Origin: Mobula hypostoma
Lineage: Eukaryota
Direction: 5' to 3'
Length of the DNA: 64,000 nt
Assembly (NCBI RefSeq): GCF_963921235.1
Contig: NC_086106.1
Coordinates: forward strand, 34,596,001 to 34,660,000
Positions within the stretch are counted from its first letter, which is position 1. Each line of letters opens with the position of its first letter. Below the pieces are notes generated by a model, which was given only the letters and a program-made list of their open reading frames with translations, was not told the origin of the DNA and searched no databases. Position numbers and translations under genes: made by a program. This document shows positions 25,720 to 35,849 of this stretch, in pieces.

Positions 25720-27370
25720 AGTATTTGGCTAGACAGGGACAGACTAGCCAATTTGATAGAGGCTATCGAGGAAAATACCAGCAAAGTTGATTAAGGTAAG
25801 GCAGTAGGTAACGTCTACATGGATTTTAGTAAGGCTTTTGATGAGATCTTAAATGGGAGGTTGGCTAAGAAGCTTCATTTAGTTGGCAATCAGGATGAAA
25901 TGGTAAATTGAATTAGAGATTGGCCTCGCGGAAGAAACCTGAGAATGGTCGTAGATGGTTGCCTGTGACTTGTGGTTTGTTCCAGGGATTGGCGCTGGGT
26001 CTGTTGTTCTTTATCATCTATTGTATATAGTGATGTGGATGATAATGTGGTAAACTGGATGAGCAAAAATTGCGGCAGACACCGCGATTGGGGGTGTAGT
26101 GGACGTGAGGAAAGCTATCAAAGCTTGCAGTGGCATCTGGACCAGATTGATAAGTGAGCTGAAAATGGCAAATAACACTCAATGCAGACAAATGTGAGGT
26201 ATTGCACTTTGGGAGCACCAAAACAGCGTAGCACTTCCACCATTGTAGGGCATTGTGGTGTTGGTAGAGCAGAGTGTCTGGGAATAGAGATCAATAATTC
26301 CTTGAAGGTGGTCACAGGTAGATGGGGCCATCAGTAGAGCTTTTGGCACATAGACTTTCATAAATCAAAGTACTGAGTATAGGAGTTGGGATGTTATGTT
26401 GAAGTTCTATAAGACAATGGTGAGGAGTATTGTGTACAGGTCTGGTCACCTACCTAAAAGAAATATGTCAATAAGTTTTAAATATTGCAGAAAAAATGAC
26501 AAGGATATTGCTGGAACTTGAGGATCTCAGTTATGAGGAAAGGTTAAATAGGTTAGGACTTTATTTACTAGAGCACAGGAGCAGGAGGCGGGATTTGATG
26601 GAGGTATATCACATTGTGAGAGTATAGATAGGATAAATGCAATCACACTTTCTCAACTACATATCGGTGAGACTAGAACAAGTGAGTTGAGGGTGAGAGG
26701 CGAAATTTTAAGGGGAAAATGACGAGGGATGTCTTCACTCAGAGCGTGGTGCCAGAGCAAACCATTTCACTACTTAGGGGAAATCTTGATAGTACATGGA
26801 TGACTATAGGGGTATGCAGGACTATGGGGTGTAGATCAATGGGATTAGGGTGTTTTACAGATCGGTACAGAATAGTTGGACCAAATGGCCTGTTTCTCTG
26901 CTGTAGTGTTCTATGATTTTATGTCTGGTCTGACAACTGCTCTGCAAATTACTCTAGAAAGACCACAGTCAGTCAGGCCGTCACAAAAACCAAGGTCCCC
27001 TCTATGTCCATACTGCTCACTTCTTTAGTAAAGCAGCCTGCATAATCAAAGACCTCACCCACCCCGGAATTATCTTTTCTCCCCACTGCCATGGGGCAGA
27101 AGATGCAACAGCTTGAAAGCACGTAACACCAGACTAAGGACAACTTCTATCCCACTGTTAGCAGACTCTTCAACAGACCTGATGGAGTCTGGGACTTGTA
27201 TTCTACCTTGTTATAATCATTCACTTCATCGTCTACAGGTGCTTTTTCGTCAACGTTCACACTTTATTCTACATTATTATTATTTACCTGATTCTAGCTC
27301 AATTCACGATGCAGTGTCCTCCTCCGTATAAACCGTACTGGCCTTTCATTGTATCTGGGTACGCATGACA
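25720..27370 (+). mobile_element. CR1 3' half (25720-26935) followed by a Rex1/Babar 3' fragment (26935-27370)
   Basis: Decayed YMDFSKAFD and later RT segments with CR1 tail ggaccaaatggcctgtttctctgctgtagtgttctatg; then ataatcaaagacc.cacccacccc...ccactgccatggggcagaaga and a caagaataaaccaatacc tail. Confidence 0.75.
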
Positions 27371-27879
27371 AGAATAAACCAATACCAATACGAATAATGA
27401 TCTAATATTCCTCAATCGCCACTGTTAGAATACAGCTCATGTTGGTGTCTGTTAGTCCAGTAACTTAACTACCATGAAATTAACTCTGTCTATACTATCA
27501 AAGCTCACTCATTATTTTTCACTCACCCTTGCAACCACCCTGATATCCCTAGGTCCTCTCCCGGCACACTTTTCTGTATAGCTGCTGCACCTCTTCTCCC
27601 TAAAATCTTTTTTCAAACCCTCTTCCATCCATACCGTCTATAAAATGTGTTACATCACCACAGAATCGTTCCTCACTGAGAATAAGAACGTCTATTTATT
27701 TGTCTCTACTTATTCCTTCTTACCCATTGAGGGACAAAAGTCTTTCTAAGGTTGGAGAACCACAATGCTACAAAACGCATCCTCATTTCCCGCACTCGCA
27801 GTTTGTCTTTCGGTTCTCCGTTGTCTTCGCACATGAACAACCATCTTAACGTTGCTCAAGGTGAATCATATTTTAGTCT

Positions 27880-28820
27880 CTCAATCCTCAGACAACCAAA
27901 CTTCTGAGCGCCATCTATCTTTCGAACAGTTCAAAAGCTTATTTTTCGAGTTAAATTATGGACGGTGGCAATTCGATGTGTTGGAACCGAGACGATACAA
28001 GGCAGCGGGCCCATCACCGAGACCAAGGAAGACTCGAGTTTCGATCGATTTAAGCGCCGGGCCGGATCTGAAAGGTCACCAGAAAGGGCCGAAGCGACTG
28101 AACCCATTGTTTGCACGATTTAAGAACCGGGACAGATTGAAAATGCCAGGGTGTTGGGGTCTGAGGCAAGGGTCGGGCCGGTTCAGCTCGCTGTTCCGCT
28201 CTGTGCTGACTGGCGTAGGCTACTGCGTAGCCCGTATGCAAATGTATAAATCAGTTTAAGAGTCTGTGGACAGGACTGTCTTTGTGAACTTCAGTTCAGA
28301 ATGCAATTTGTTTGCGTTCATTGTTTTCATAGAAACATAGGAAACCTACAGCACAATACAGGCCCTTCAGCCCACAAAGTTGAGCTGAACATGTCCCTAC
28401 CATAGAAATTACCAGGCTTACCCATAGCCCTCTATTTTTCTAAGCTCCATGTACCTATCCAAAAGTCTCTTAAAAGACCCTATCGTATTCGCCTCCACCA
28501 CCGTTGCCGGCAGATGATTCCACGCACTCACCATTCTCTGCGTAAAACACCTATCCCTGACATTTCCTCTGTATCTACTCCCCGGCACCTCAAACCTGTG
28601 CCCTCTTGTGGCAACCATTTCAGCCCTGGGCAAAAGCCTCTGACTATCCACACGAGCAATGATTTGAATGTTTTCCTGATTTATCACTCCCTCTCTCTCT
28701 CTCTGCACATTGGGTGTTTGATTGTTTACCTTTCTTTGTTTCGTGGCTGCCTTTTAAGCGACGAATCTCAAGTGTGTATAATGTATATATAGATTATAAA
28801 TAATGTAATTTGAACTTTTG
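27880..28820 (+). mobile_element. Non-autonomous Rex1-related repeat, split by a CR1 insertion
   Basis: Ends in the Rex1-type tail (tttcgtggctgcc...gacgaatctcaag...ataataatgtaatttgaactttt); GC-rich 5' part without a convincing ORF. Confidence 0.5.
28329..28668 (-). mobile_element. Young 5'-truncated CR1 3' end
   Basis: Well-preserved rc CR1 tail (atagaaacataggaaacctacagcacaatacaggcccttcagccc) flanked by a 7-bp direct repeat tgttttc (28322-28328, 28669-28675). Confidence 0.85.
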
Positions 28821-28995
28821 CAATTTTTATTGACGCCAAAGGGACAATAAGGCTCAGGTCGGATGTCAGATAGGAACGTACAGTCACCTACCTAAAGGAG
28901 AAAATGTGAGACTTTACAGCAGGCAGAGCAGGTAGATAAATGTAGAATTCCTGTTGTTTGCGTTTAAATTCACTACTGCGAAGCCTCTTCCGGTG

Positions 28996-31900
28996 ATGCC
29001 TACACCGAAGAAGTTTAGATCCTCTCTTCGACGGGAGTTCAGTGAAACCATCTCTCACTGCTCCCCATCTGTAATTTCTTCGGCTCTTCAACTTTTCGAC
29101 CACACTTTGACTCAAACTCGCTATCACAGCCATGTATCCTTTCTTGGAACGTGCCTCCGTCGCCAACTTACTCCAGTTGGCTTTAGGATTCGTTTCCAAG
29201 CCTCTCAATTTGGACCTTCTGAGGATCCCAGGTACTCACATTTTATTGACTCTGCCTCTCGCCGCTTCTCCCGTCAAGCTCTGAAGGCGACGCTCTCCGC
29301 CATGAGGAGGTACTTGGTGTCCCTATCCCAGACCCTTCCACACCTTCGGGACACTTTCTTCGCCGTCTGTAATGGTCCTACCCGCTATTTCATCCTCCGT
29401 CGGATCCACGCCAGCAATCGCCGTTTTTTTGACTTTGTCATGTTAGGCAAAGATCGCAAGATCTTACATCTACGGACTCCAGAGCCTGCCGGCCCCGAAG
29501 CTAGCACGCATGAACTTTCAATTGCGGCCTCTGCCATTGATCTCGGCGGCTCCAACACCTCAGGACATATTCAAAACCCGGACTCCAGCAACGACCATGG
29601 ACACATTCGAAGTGATTACGCAACCACCAACTGCGACTCCAGCCTTGAACTCCAGGCCGGGTCTTTATGTGCTGCTGTTGTGACTCCCGTCTCCCCTTCC
29701 CCCACCACCACTCCGCAGCCCCGTCTTCCTCAGATCCCACCGTCAGCTCCTGGGCCCTCAGAGGCTCCATCTTCCTCTCACCCCAACCCTCCCCTCTCCA
29801 TTGACACCCCCAGCCTCCCCCCTCCCTCCTCTGATCCCAGCTCTCATCCGTGCCGGGTCTTTACCATCCCCTCCGACCTTCAACTGTCGGAGGCAGAACG
29901 CTCTGTCCTCAGTAAGGGCCTCACGTTTGTCCCCCTTCGCCCACACCTCAGCGAGTTCCGTGTTCGCCACGATGCGGAACTTTTCTTCCGCCGTCTCCGT
30001 CTCCGAGCCTACTTCTTCGGCAAGGACTCTTCCACCCCCACCGATGACCCCTTCTCCCGTCTTCAACCCTCCTCTTCTTCATGGACACCCCGCTCTGGTC
30101 TTCTGCCTGCTCTGGATCTCTTTATTGCCAACTGCCGAGGGGACATCAACCGTCTCGACTTCACCGCACCTTGTCCCCATTCCAACCTCACTCCTTCGGA
30201 ACGCTCTGCTCTCCACTCCCTCCGCACTAATCCTAACATTATTATTAAACCCGCTGATAAAGGGGGTGCTGTTGTAGTCTGGCGTACTGACCTCTACCTT
30301 GCCGAGGCACAGCGACAACTCGCGGATACCTCCTATTTACCCCTCGATCGTGACCCCACTAAGGAGCACCAGGCCATTGTCTCCCACACTATCAACGACT
30401 TTATCCGCTCAGGGGATCTCCCATCCACTGCTACCAACCTTATAGTTCCCACACCCCGCACTTCCCGTTTCTACCTCCTTTCCAAGATCCACAAACCTGC
30501 CTGTCCTGGCCGACCTATTGTCTCAGCTTGCTCCTGCCCCACCGAACTCGTTTCTGCATACCTCGACACTGTTTTATCACCCCTTGTTCAATCCCTTCCG
30601 ACCTATGTTCGTGACACTTCTCACGCTCTTAAACTTTTCGATGATTTTAAGTTCCCTGGCACCCACCGCTTTATTTTCACCATGGATGTCCAGTCCCTAT
30701 ATACTTCCATCCCCCATCAGGAAGGTCTCAAAGCTCTACGTTTCTTTTTGGATTCCAGACCTAATCAGTTCCCCTCTACCACCACTCTGCTCCGTCTAGC
30801 AGAATTAGTCCTTACTCTTAATAATTTCTCCTTTTGCTCCTCCCATTTCCTCCAAACTAAAGGTGTAGCTATGGGCACCCGTATGGGTCCTAGCTATGCC
30901 TGTCTTTTTGTTGGGTTTGTGGAACAATCTATGTTCCGTGCCTATTCTGGTATCTGTCCCCCACTTTTCCTTCGCTACATCGACGACTGCATTGGCGCTG
31001 CTTCCTGCACGCATGCAGAACTCGTTGACTTTATTAACTTTGCCTCCAACTTTCACCCTGCCCTCAAGTTTACCTGGTCCATTTCCGACACCTCCCTCCC
31101 CTTTCTAGATCTTTCTGTCTCTGTCTCTGGAGACAGCTTATCCACTGATGTCTACTATAAGCCTAATGACTCTCAGAGCTATCTGGACTATTCCTCTTCT
31201 CACCCTGTCTCTTGCAAAAACGCCATCCCCTTCTCGCAATTCCTCCGTCTCCGCCGCATCTGCTCTCAGGATGAGGCTTTTCATTCTAGGACGAGGGAGA
31301 TGTCTTCATTTTTTAAAGAAAGGGGCTTCCCTTCCTCCACTATCAACTCTGCTCTTAAACGCATCTCCCCCATTTCACGTACATCTGCTCTCACTCCATC
31401 CTCCCACCACCCCACTAGGAATAGGGTTCCCCTGGTCCTCACCTACCACCCCACCAGCCTCCGGGTCCAACATATTATTCTCCGTAACTTTCGCCACCTC
31501 CAACGGGATCCCACCACTAAGCACATCTTTCCCTCCCCCCCTCTCTCTGCATTCCGCAGGGATCGCTCTCTACACAACTCCCTTGTCCATTCGTCCCCCC
31601 CATCCCTCCCCACTGATCTCCCTCCTGGCACTTATCCGTGTAAGCGGAACAAGTGCTACACATGCCCTTACACTTCCTCCCTTACCACCATTCAGGGCCC
31701 CAAACAGTCCTTCCAGGTGAGGCATCACTTCACCTGTGAGTCGACTGGGGTGATATACTGCGTCCGGTGCTCCCGGTGTGGCCTTTTATATATTTGTGAG
31801 ACCCGACGCAGACTGGGAGACTGCTTTGCTGAACATCTACGCTCTGTCCGCCAGAGAAAGCAGGATCTCCCAGTGGCCACACATTTTAATTCCACATCCC

Positions 31901-32043
31901 ATTCCCATTCTGACATGTCTATCCACGGCCTCCTCTACTGTAAAGATGAAGCCACACTCAGGTTGGAGGAACAACACCTTATATTCCGTCTGGGTAGCCT
32001 CCAACCTGATGGCATGAACATTGACTTCTCTAACTTCCGCTAG
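28996..32043 (+). CDS. Penelope-like polyprotein, 1015 aa from first ATG (N-terminal domain, Pro/Ser linker, RT, thumb, Cys-rich linker, GIY-YIG endonuclease)
   Basis: Uninterrupted ORF (frame also open from TTG 28954): KPADKGG, FTMDVQSLYTSIPH, QTKGVAMGTRMGPSYA, FLRYIDD, LPFLDL, CKRNKCYTC, VIYCVRCSRCGLLYICET, ATHFN..SHSH, EQHLIFRLGSLQPDGMN. Confidence 0.95.
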   Translation: MPTPKKFRSSLRREFSETISHCSPSVISSALQLFDHTLTQTRYHSHVSFLGTCLRRQLTPVGFRIRFQASQFGPSEDPRYSHFIDSASRRFSRQALKATLSAMRRYLVSLSQTLPHLRDTFFAVCNGPTRYFILRRIHASNRRFFDFVMLGKDRKILHLRTPEPAGPEASTHELSIAASAIDLGGSNTSGHIQNPDSSNDHGHIRSDYATTNCDSSLELQAGSLCAAVVTPVSPSPTTTPQPRLPQIPPSAPGPSEAPSSSHPNPPLSIDTPSLPPPSSDPSSHPCRVFTIPSDLQLSEAERSVLSKGLTFVPLRPHLSEFRVRHDAELFFRRLRLRAYFFGKDSSTPTDDPFSRLQPSSSSWTPRSGLLPALDLFIANCRGDINRLDFTAPCPHSNLTPSERSALHSLRTNPNIIIKPADKGGAVVVWRTDLYLAEAQRQLADTSYLPLDRDPTKEHQAIVSHTINDFIRSGDLPSTATNLIVPTPRTSRFYLLSKIHKPACPGRPIVSACSCPTELVSAYLDTVLSPLVQSLPTYVRDTSHALKLFDDFKFPGTHRFIFTMDVQSLYTSIPHQEGLKALRFFLDSRPNQFPSTTTLLRLAELVLTLNNFSFCSSHFLQTKGVAMGTRMGPSYACLFVGFVEQSMFRAYSGICPPLFLRYIDDCIGAASCTHAELVDFINFASNFHPALKFTWSISDTSLPFLDLSVSVSGDSLSTDVYYKPNDSQSYLDYSSSHPVSCKNAIPFSQFLRLRRICSQDEAFHSRTREMSSFFKERGFPSSTINSALKRISPISRTSALTPSSHHPTRNRVPLVLTYHPTSLRVQHIILRNFRHLQRDPTTKHIFPSPPLSAFRRDRSLHNSLVHSSPPSLPTDLPPGTYPCKRNKCYTCPYTSSLTTIQGPKQSFQVRHHFTCESTGVIYCVRCSRCGLLYICETRRRLGDCFAEHLRSVRQRKQDLPVATHFNSTSHSHSDMSIHGLLYCKDEATLRLEEQHLIFRLGSLQPDGMNIDFSNFR

Positions 32044-32335
32044 GCCCCACCTCCCCCTCGTACCCCATCTGTTACTCATTTTTATGCACACATTCTTTCT
32101 CTCACTCTCCTTTTTCTCCCTCTGTCCCTCTGAATATACCTCTTGCCCATCCTCTGGGTCACCCCCCCCCGTCTTTCTTCCCAGACCTCCTGTCCCATGA
32201 TCCTCTCGTATCCCCTTTTGCCTATCACCTGTCCAGCTCTCGGCTCTATCCCTCCCCCTCCTGTCTTCTCCTATCATTTTGCATCTCCCCTTCCCCCTCC
32301 AGCTTTCAAATCCCTTACTCACTCTTCCTTCAGTT

Positions 32336-32371
32336 AGTCCTGACGAAGGGTCTCGGCCAGAAACGTCGACT
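32336..32371 (+). ncRNA. Minimal type I hammerhead ribozyme motif
   Basis: AGUC-CUGACGA-AGGGUCUCGGCCA-GAAACGUC-GACU: stem I AGUC/GACU, core CUGANGA and GAAA, palindromic ACGU stem III, predicted cleavage after GUC at 32367. Confidence 0.8.
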
Positions 32372-33684
32372 GCGCCTCTTCCTATAGATGCTGCTTGGCC
32401 TGCTGCGTTCACCAGCAACTTTGATGTGTGTTGCTTGAATTTCCAGCATCTGCAGAATTCCTGTTGTTTGCAGATAAATGTAGATGGCTGGAATGCTAAG
32501 CTAAAGGTGCTTCTGTTTGAACTCAACAAGTCTAACTCGCGAGGCAGATGAATTGTTAGCGTTAATTGCGCGGTTCTAAACCAGGAAGCACGACACAATC
32601 AGCAATTTACACAATTTGGCTCACAACACTACCTATTCACTTCAAATAACATAAAGTGAACTGTTATTTCACGTTAGCTGTGCGGACATTTACCGATTAT
32701 GTTTCTTTGTTAATAAGGAATGAATAAATTAATAAAACTAATTAATTTTATTGCGAAAGCAGAGTATTTGCAATCGTTTTGTAATAACCTTCATTCAAAT
32801 TAATTTAAACGGTGTAAAACTTCGGGTTACTTCGGCAACAGGCCCAGTTCTTGGCAAGACCATTTGATTGATTCTTAGTCTTAAGGATCATAGTTTCACA
32901 GTTGCATACATTAATTGAATTACCGCCTTGATTTTTTTTTTCACACAACATGCTGCTTTAAGTGTTACTGTGGAAAGTTTGATTAATGTCCAGTGGAGCA
33001 AAGTAAAATGCATGCGGAGACGTGTGAGATTTAAACCAGAATTTACTGTAAAACTAAGTCAATCGGCATTGAACACTTTTATTGCATTCTCTTTGTTGAC
33101 ATTCTAGCTGGAATTTGCTACAAGTGAAGAAAATGATATCGTTCAGAACAGCGATAAGGATATAATCTGTTGAAGAGAGCATTTATTATTTCCCTTGACT
33201 TTAGGTCCTCGGGAGAATTAACGGAAGTTATGCCTTGATGGTAAGAGATATTAGGATATATGGAATTGTGAAGGAATTGAATTGATGCAGAAACACATAG
33301 TCCGAATGTAATTGGCAATGACTGAATTGTACCTGATGTGTCAATATCACAGTAACGTAATTTCATAACTTCAAATCATTTGCAATATTATCATAGTGGT
33401 ATCAAAACCCAGGCTGCACAGGGAGAAGCCGGATCAGAACAACAACCTGATTATAATCGCAGGAACTTACGTCATTCAGGTTCTGAATTGATTCTCTTGT
33501 GTTCTTTCAGGGTTGTAAGGCTTTGATTCTGACTTGAATGGATGTAGATTTTACTCATGTTACTTCACTGACGGGATGTGCTCTCCACTGAGTACGACTT
33601 ATTCGAACGGCCCAAACGCATCCGCAAGACATCCGTTCTCCAGTTACTAATTGTGGAAATTCAAAGTGTAAGCAAAGAACAGAG

Positions 33685-33990
33685 AAGCATAGAACATAGA
33701 ACAAAGAAATTTACGGCAGATTACAGACTCTTCGACCCACAATGTTGAGCTGACCATGTAAACTACTCTAGACACTGCCTAGATTTTCCCGAGCACATAG
33801 CCCTCTATTTTTCTAAGCTCATTTACCTATCTGAGAGGCTTTTTAAAAGACCCTATTGTATCCACTTCTACCACGCCACAAGCAGAGCATTCCACATACC
33901 TCCCATTGTCTTTGTGGAATAACCTACTGCTGACATCCCCACGGTACCATTTCCAAGCACCTTAAAACTATGCCGCCTCGTGTTAGCCAC
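33685..33990 (-). mobile_element. CR1 3' end fragment
   Basis: rc CR1 tail (catagaacatagaac...cagactcttcgacccacaatgttgagctgacc). Confidence 0.8.
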
Positions 33991-34865
33991 CTTTTTACCG
34001 CTAGATTTTGTTTTCAATGTGTGCATTCATGTAATTTTGGAGTTTCGGTAATGCTTTTATTTTGTCCATATTGAACATCACTGCCTATGCCCATCATGTG
34101 AATCCTGACTGTAACCAATATCCAGAGTGAAGCTCAAAGCTTTCGATTCCAGGACATCTGATAAGCATGGTAGGACTGTTTCCAGTGCTACTTTCAGTAA
34201 CATCGTGATAACAGTTTTCGTAAGGTTCACATTATGCATTGTACCACATTGTCATATGTACATTATATACCATATCTGTTGCTATTCCTGTTGTCCTAAA
34301 CTGCTTATGGCCTGTCAAGGCATCTGTAGATATCGTCTATTAATTCTATAATTTATCTGCATTAATTTTACGTTGGAATTATTTAAAAATACAATTTATT
34401 CTATAATGACCAACTTCTTCATAATTCAGTGAAACATTTAGTTCTCAACGTAGAAAATAAACATGTTCTCAAATGGAGAATGGAAATTGGAACTGAGATG
34501 TGTTACTCAAGATGATTATTAGAAATGATATGATTCTGCAATAACTCCTGCATGAGTGCGAGAAATATTTTGGGAAGTGTCCGATGGAATACAGATTCCC
34601 TGACAGATTGTGGATAAGAAGAAATAAAAGGAAGAATTAATATATTCGTTTCTAAAACACTACCCTGAAAGAAGGACTTAAATGGGACAACATGGTTACT
34701 TTACAGGAAAACTGAACATTCCAGAAAATTACCTTCGTGCATCAAACGCTATTTTGAAAAGTAATTACAAATGGAAAAATAAATCCAGCTAACGGAGGAA
34801 CACATTAAAACTCGACGTCTAGTAATTCCTAAGGATTACTTGCTTGACGTTTTTGAATATTAAGA

Positions 34866-35177
34866 AAGGCATCCGTTAGTCTTGCGAGGCCATGAATCTG
34901 CGTCTGGAAAGTCTTCACTATCCAGGGCGCAGGCCTGGGTAAGGTTGTATGGAAGACCAGCAGTTTCCCATGTTGCAAGTCTTCCCTCTCCGCGCTACCA
35001 GTGTTGTCCAAGTGAAGGGCATTAGGACCCATACAGCTTGGCAACAGTGTCGTCGCAGAGCAATGTGTGATTAAGTGCATTGGTCAAGGACACAACACAT
35101 TGCTTCGGCTGGGGCTCGAACTCATGACCTTCAGGTCGCCAGTCCAAAGCCTTAACCACTTGGCCACATGCCCACAC
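34866..35177 (-). mobile_element. tRNA-derived SINE with 13-bp TSD
   Basis: A box TGGCCAAGTGG (35156-35166), B box GAGTTCGAGCC (35113-35123), CORE-like gtgttgtgtccttgaccaatgcacttaa, TSD ttgaatattaaga (34853-34865, 35178-35190). Confidence 0.9.
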
Positions 35178-35476
35178 TTGAATATTAAGAGGCAGCCTTT
35201 TAAACATGGGCTTTCTTTCAGAGTGTGAAATTACAATGCTATACTGAAAGGGTCATCAAATTGTTTCACAAGGGAATCAGTTTCCAATCTTTTCCACGAA
35301 AATTTCCCCTTACCTTTTCTTATTATAAAGGATATATTTTGCTGTCATTGACTTAGCACTGCTTTTGTAAAAGTCAATCCAATAGCAATTGACAATGCAG
35401 AATCAAAAGGTTGGGAGAAAGTGAACCAAAGTTGTTATAGATTTGCCGGGGCAATGTTGCAGCTGTTAAGCATCAA

Positions 35477-35485
35477 CTAGTTCAC
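35477..35485 (-). pseudogene. IgNAR: Probable Ig heavy-chain TM2 mini-exon, copy A (V-N-stop)
   Basis: gttctgtcattacag|GTG AAC TAG; paralogous to 56590-56598, with 18/19 identity across the acceptor, higher than the flanks appear by eye. Confidence 0.55.
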
Positions 35486-35583
35486 CTGTAATGACAGAAC
35501 ACCACCTGTGAATTAGAGATTGTGGTAAAGAGAGAATCAGATGGAATGGTCAAAAGTGTGCATTAACACATAATCATTAGGAC

Positions 35584-35759
35584 CTTTCTCAGTTGCAGGC
35601 ATTTCTGGGGTATGCACAATAGACGAACCATTACATACATATGTAATAGCAATAATACAGGGATATGAATGATAAATGTGCTCATTTTTTGTACGTTTCC
35701 AATCAGCATCTGATAATTATATCTCAGATATAAAGGAGCTGGTGTACTTATCACTGCAT
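35584..35759 (-). pseudogene. Candidate divergent TM1-like exon, copy A
   Basis: Open frame with phase-1 AG and phase-0 AAG|GT: DAVISTPAPLYLRYNYQMLIGNVQKMSTFIIHIPVLLLLHMYVMVRLLCIPQKCLQLRK, 98 nt upstream of TM2. Splice sites are weak and the paralogous stretch has stops. Confidence 0.25.
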
Positions 35760-35849
35760 CTGAATGTCGTGTCACTTGATGTAATGTTAACCTGGAGTTG
35801 TACTGTTTTTTCATATCATTTCCATTCAATCATATTCAGGTTACACTTA

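Larger units (their letters stand above)
28947..32471 (+). mobile_element. Full-length Penelope-like retroelement (Neptune-like)
   Basis: Single RT + GIY-YIG ORF; 13-bp TSD agataaatgtaga (28934-28946, 32472-32484); attcctgttgtttgc repeated at both ends; 3' terminal region with hammerhead motif. Confidence 0.95.

Noticed and set aside
28996-32043. Possibility of a selenocysteine-recoded (Naiad-type) PLE
   Set aside because: The ORF has no in-frame TGA and ends at TAG.
33511-33667. Plus-strand segment bounded by a strong acceptor and gtaagc donor
   Set aside because: Stops in all three frames and no recognisable homology; could only be non-coding.
35105-35177. tRNA-like sequence
   Set aside because: It is the head of a TSD-flanked SINE, with no complete cloverleaf 3' acceptor strand.
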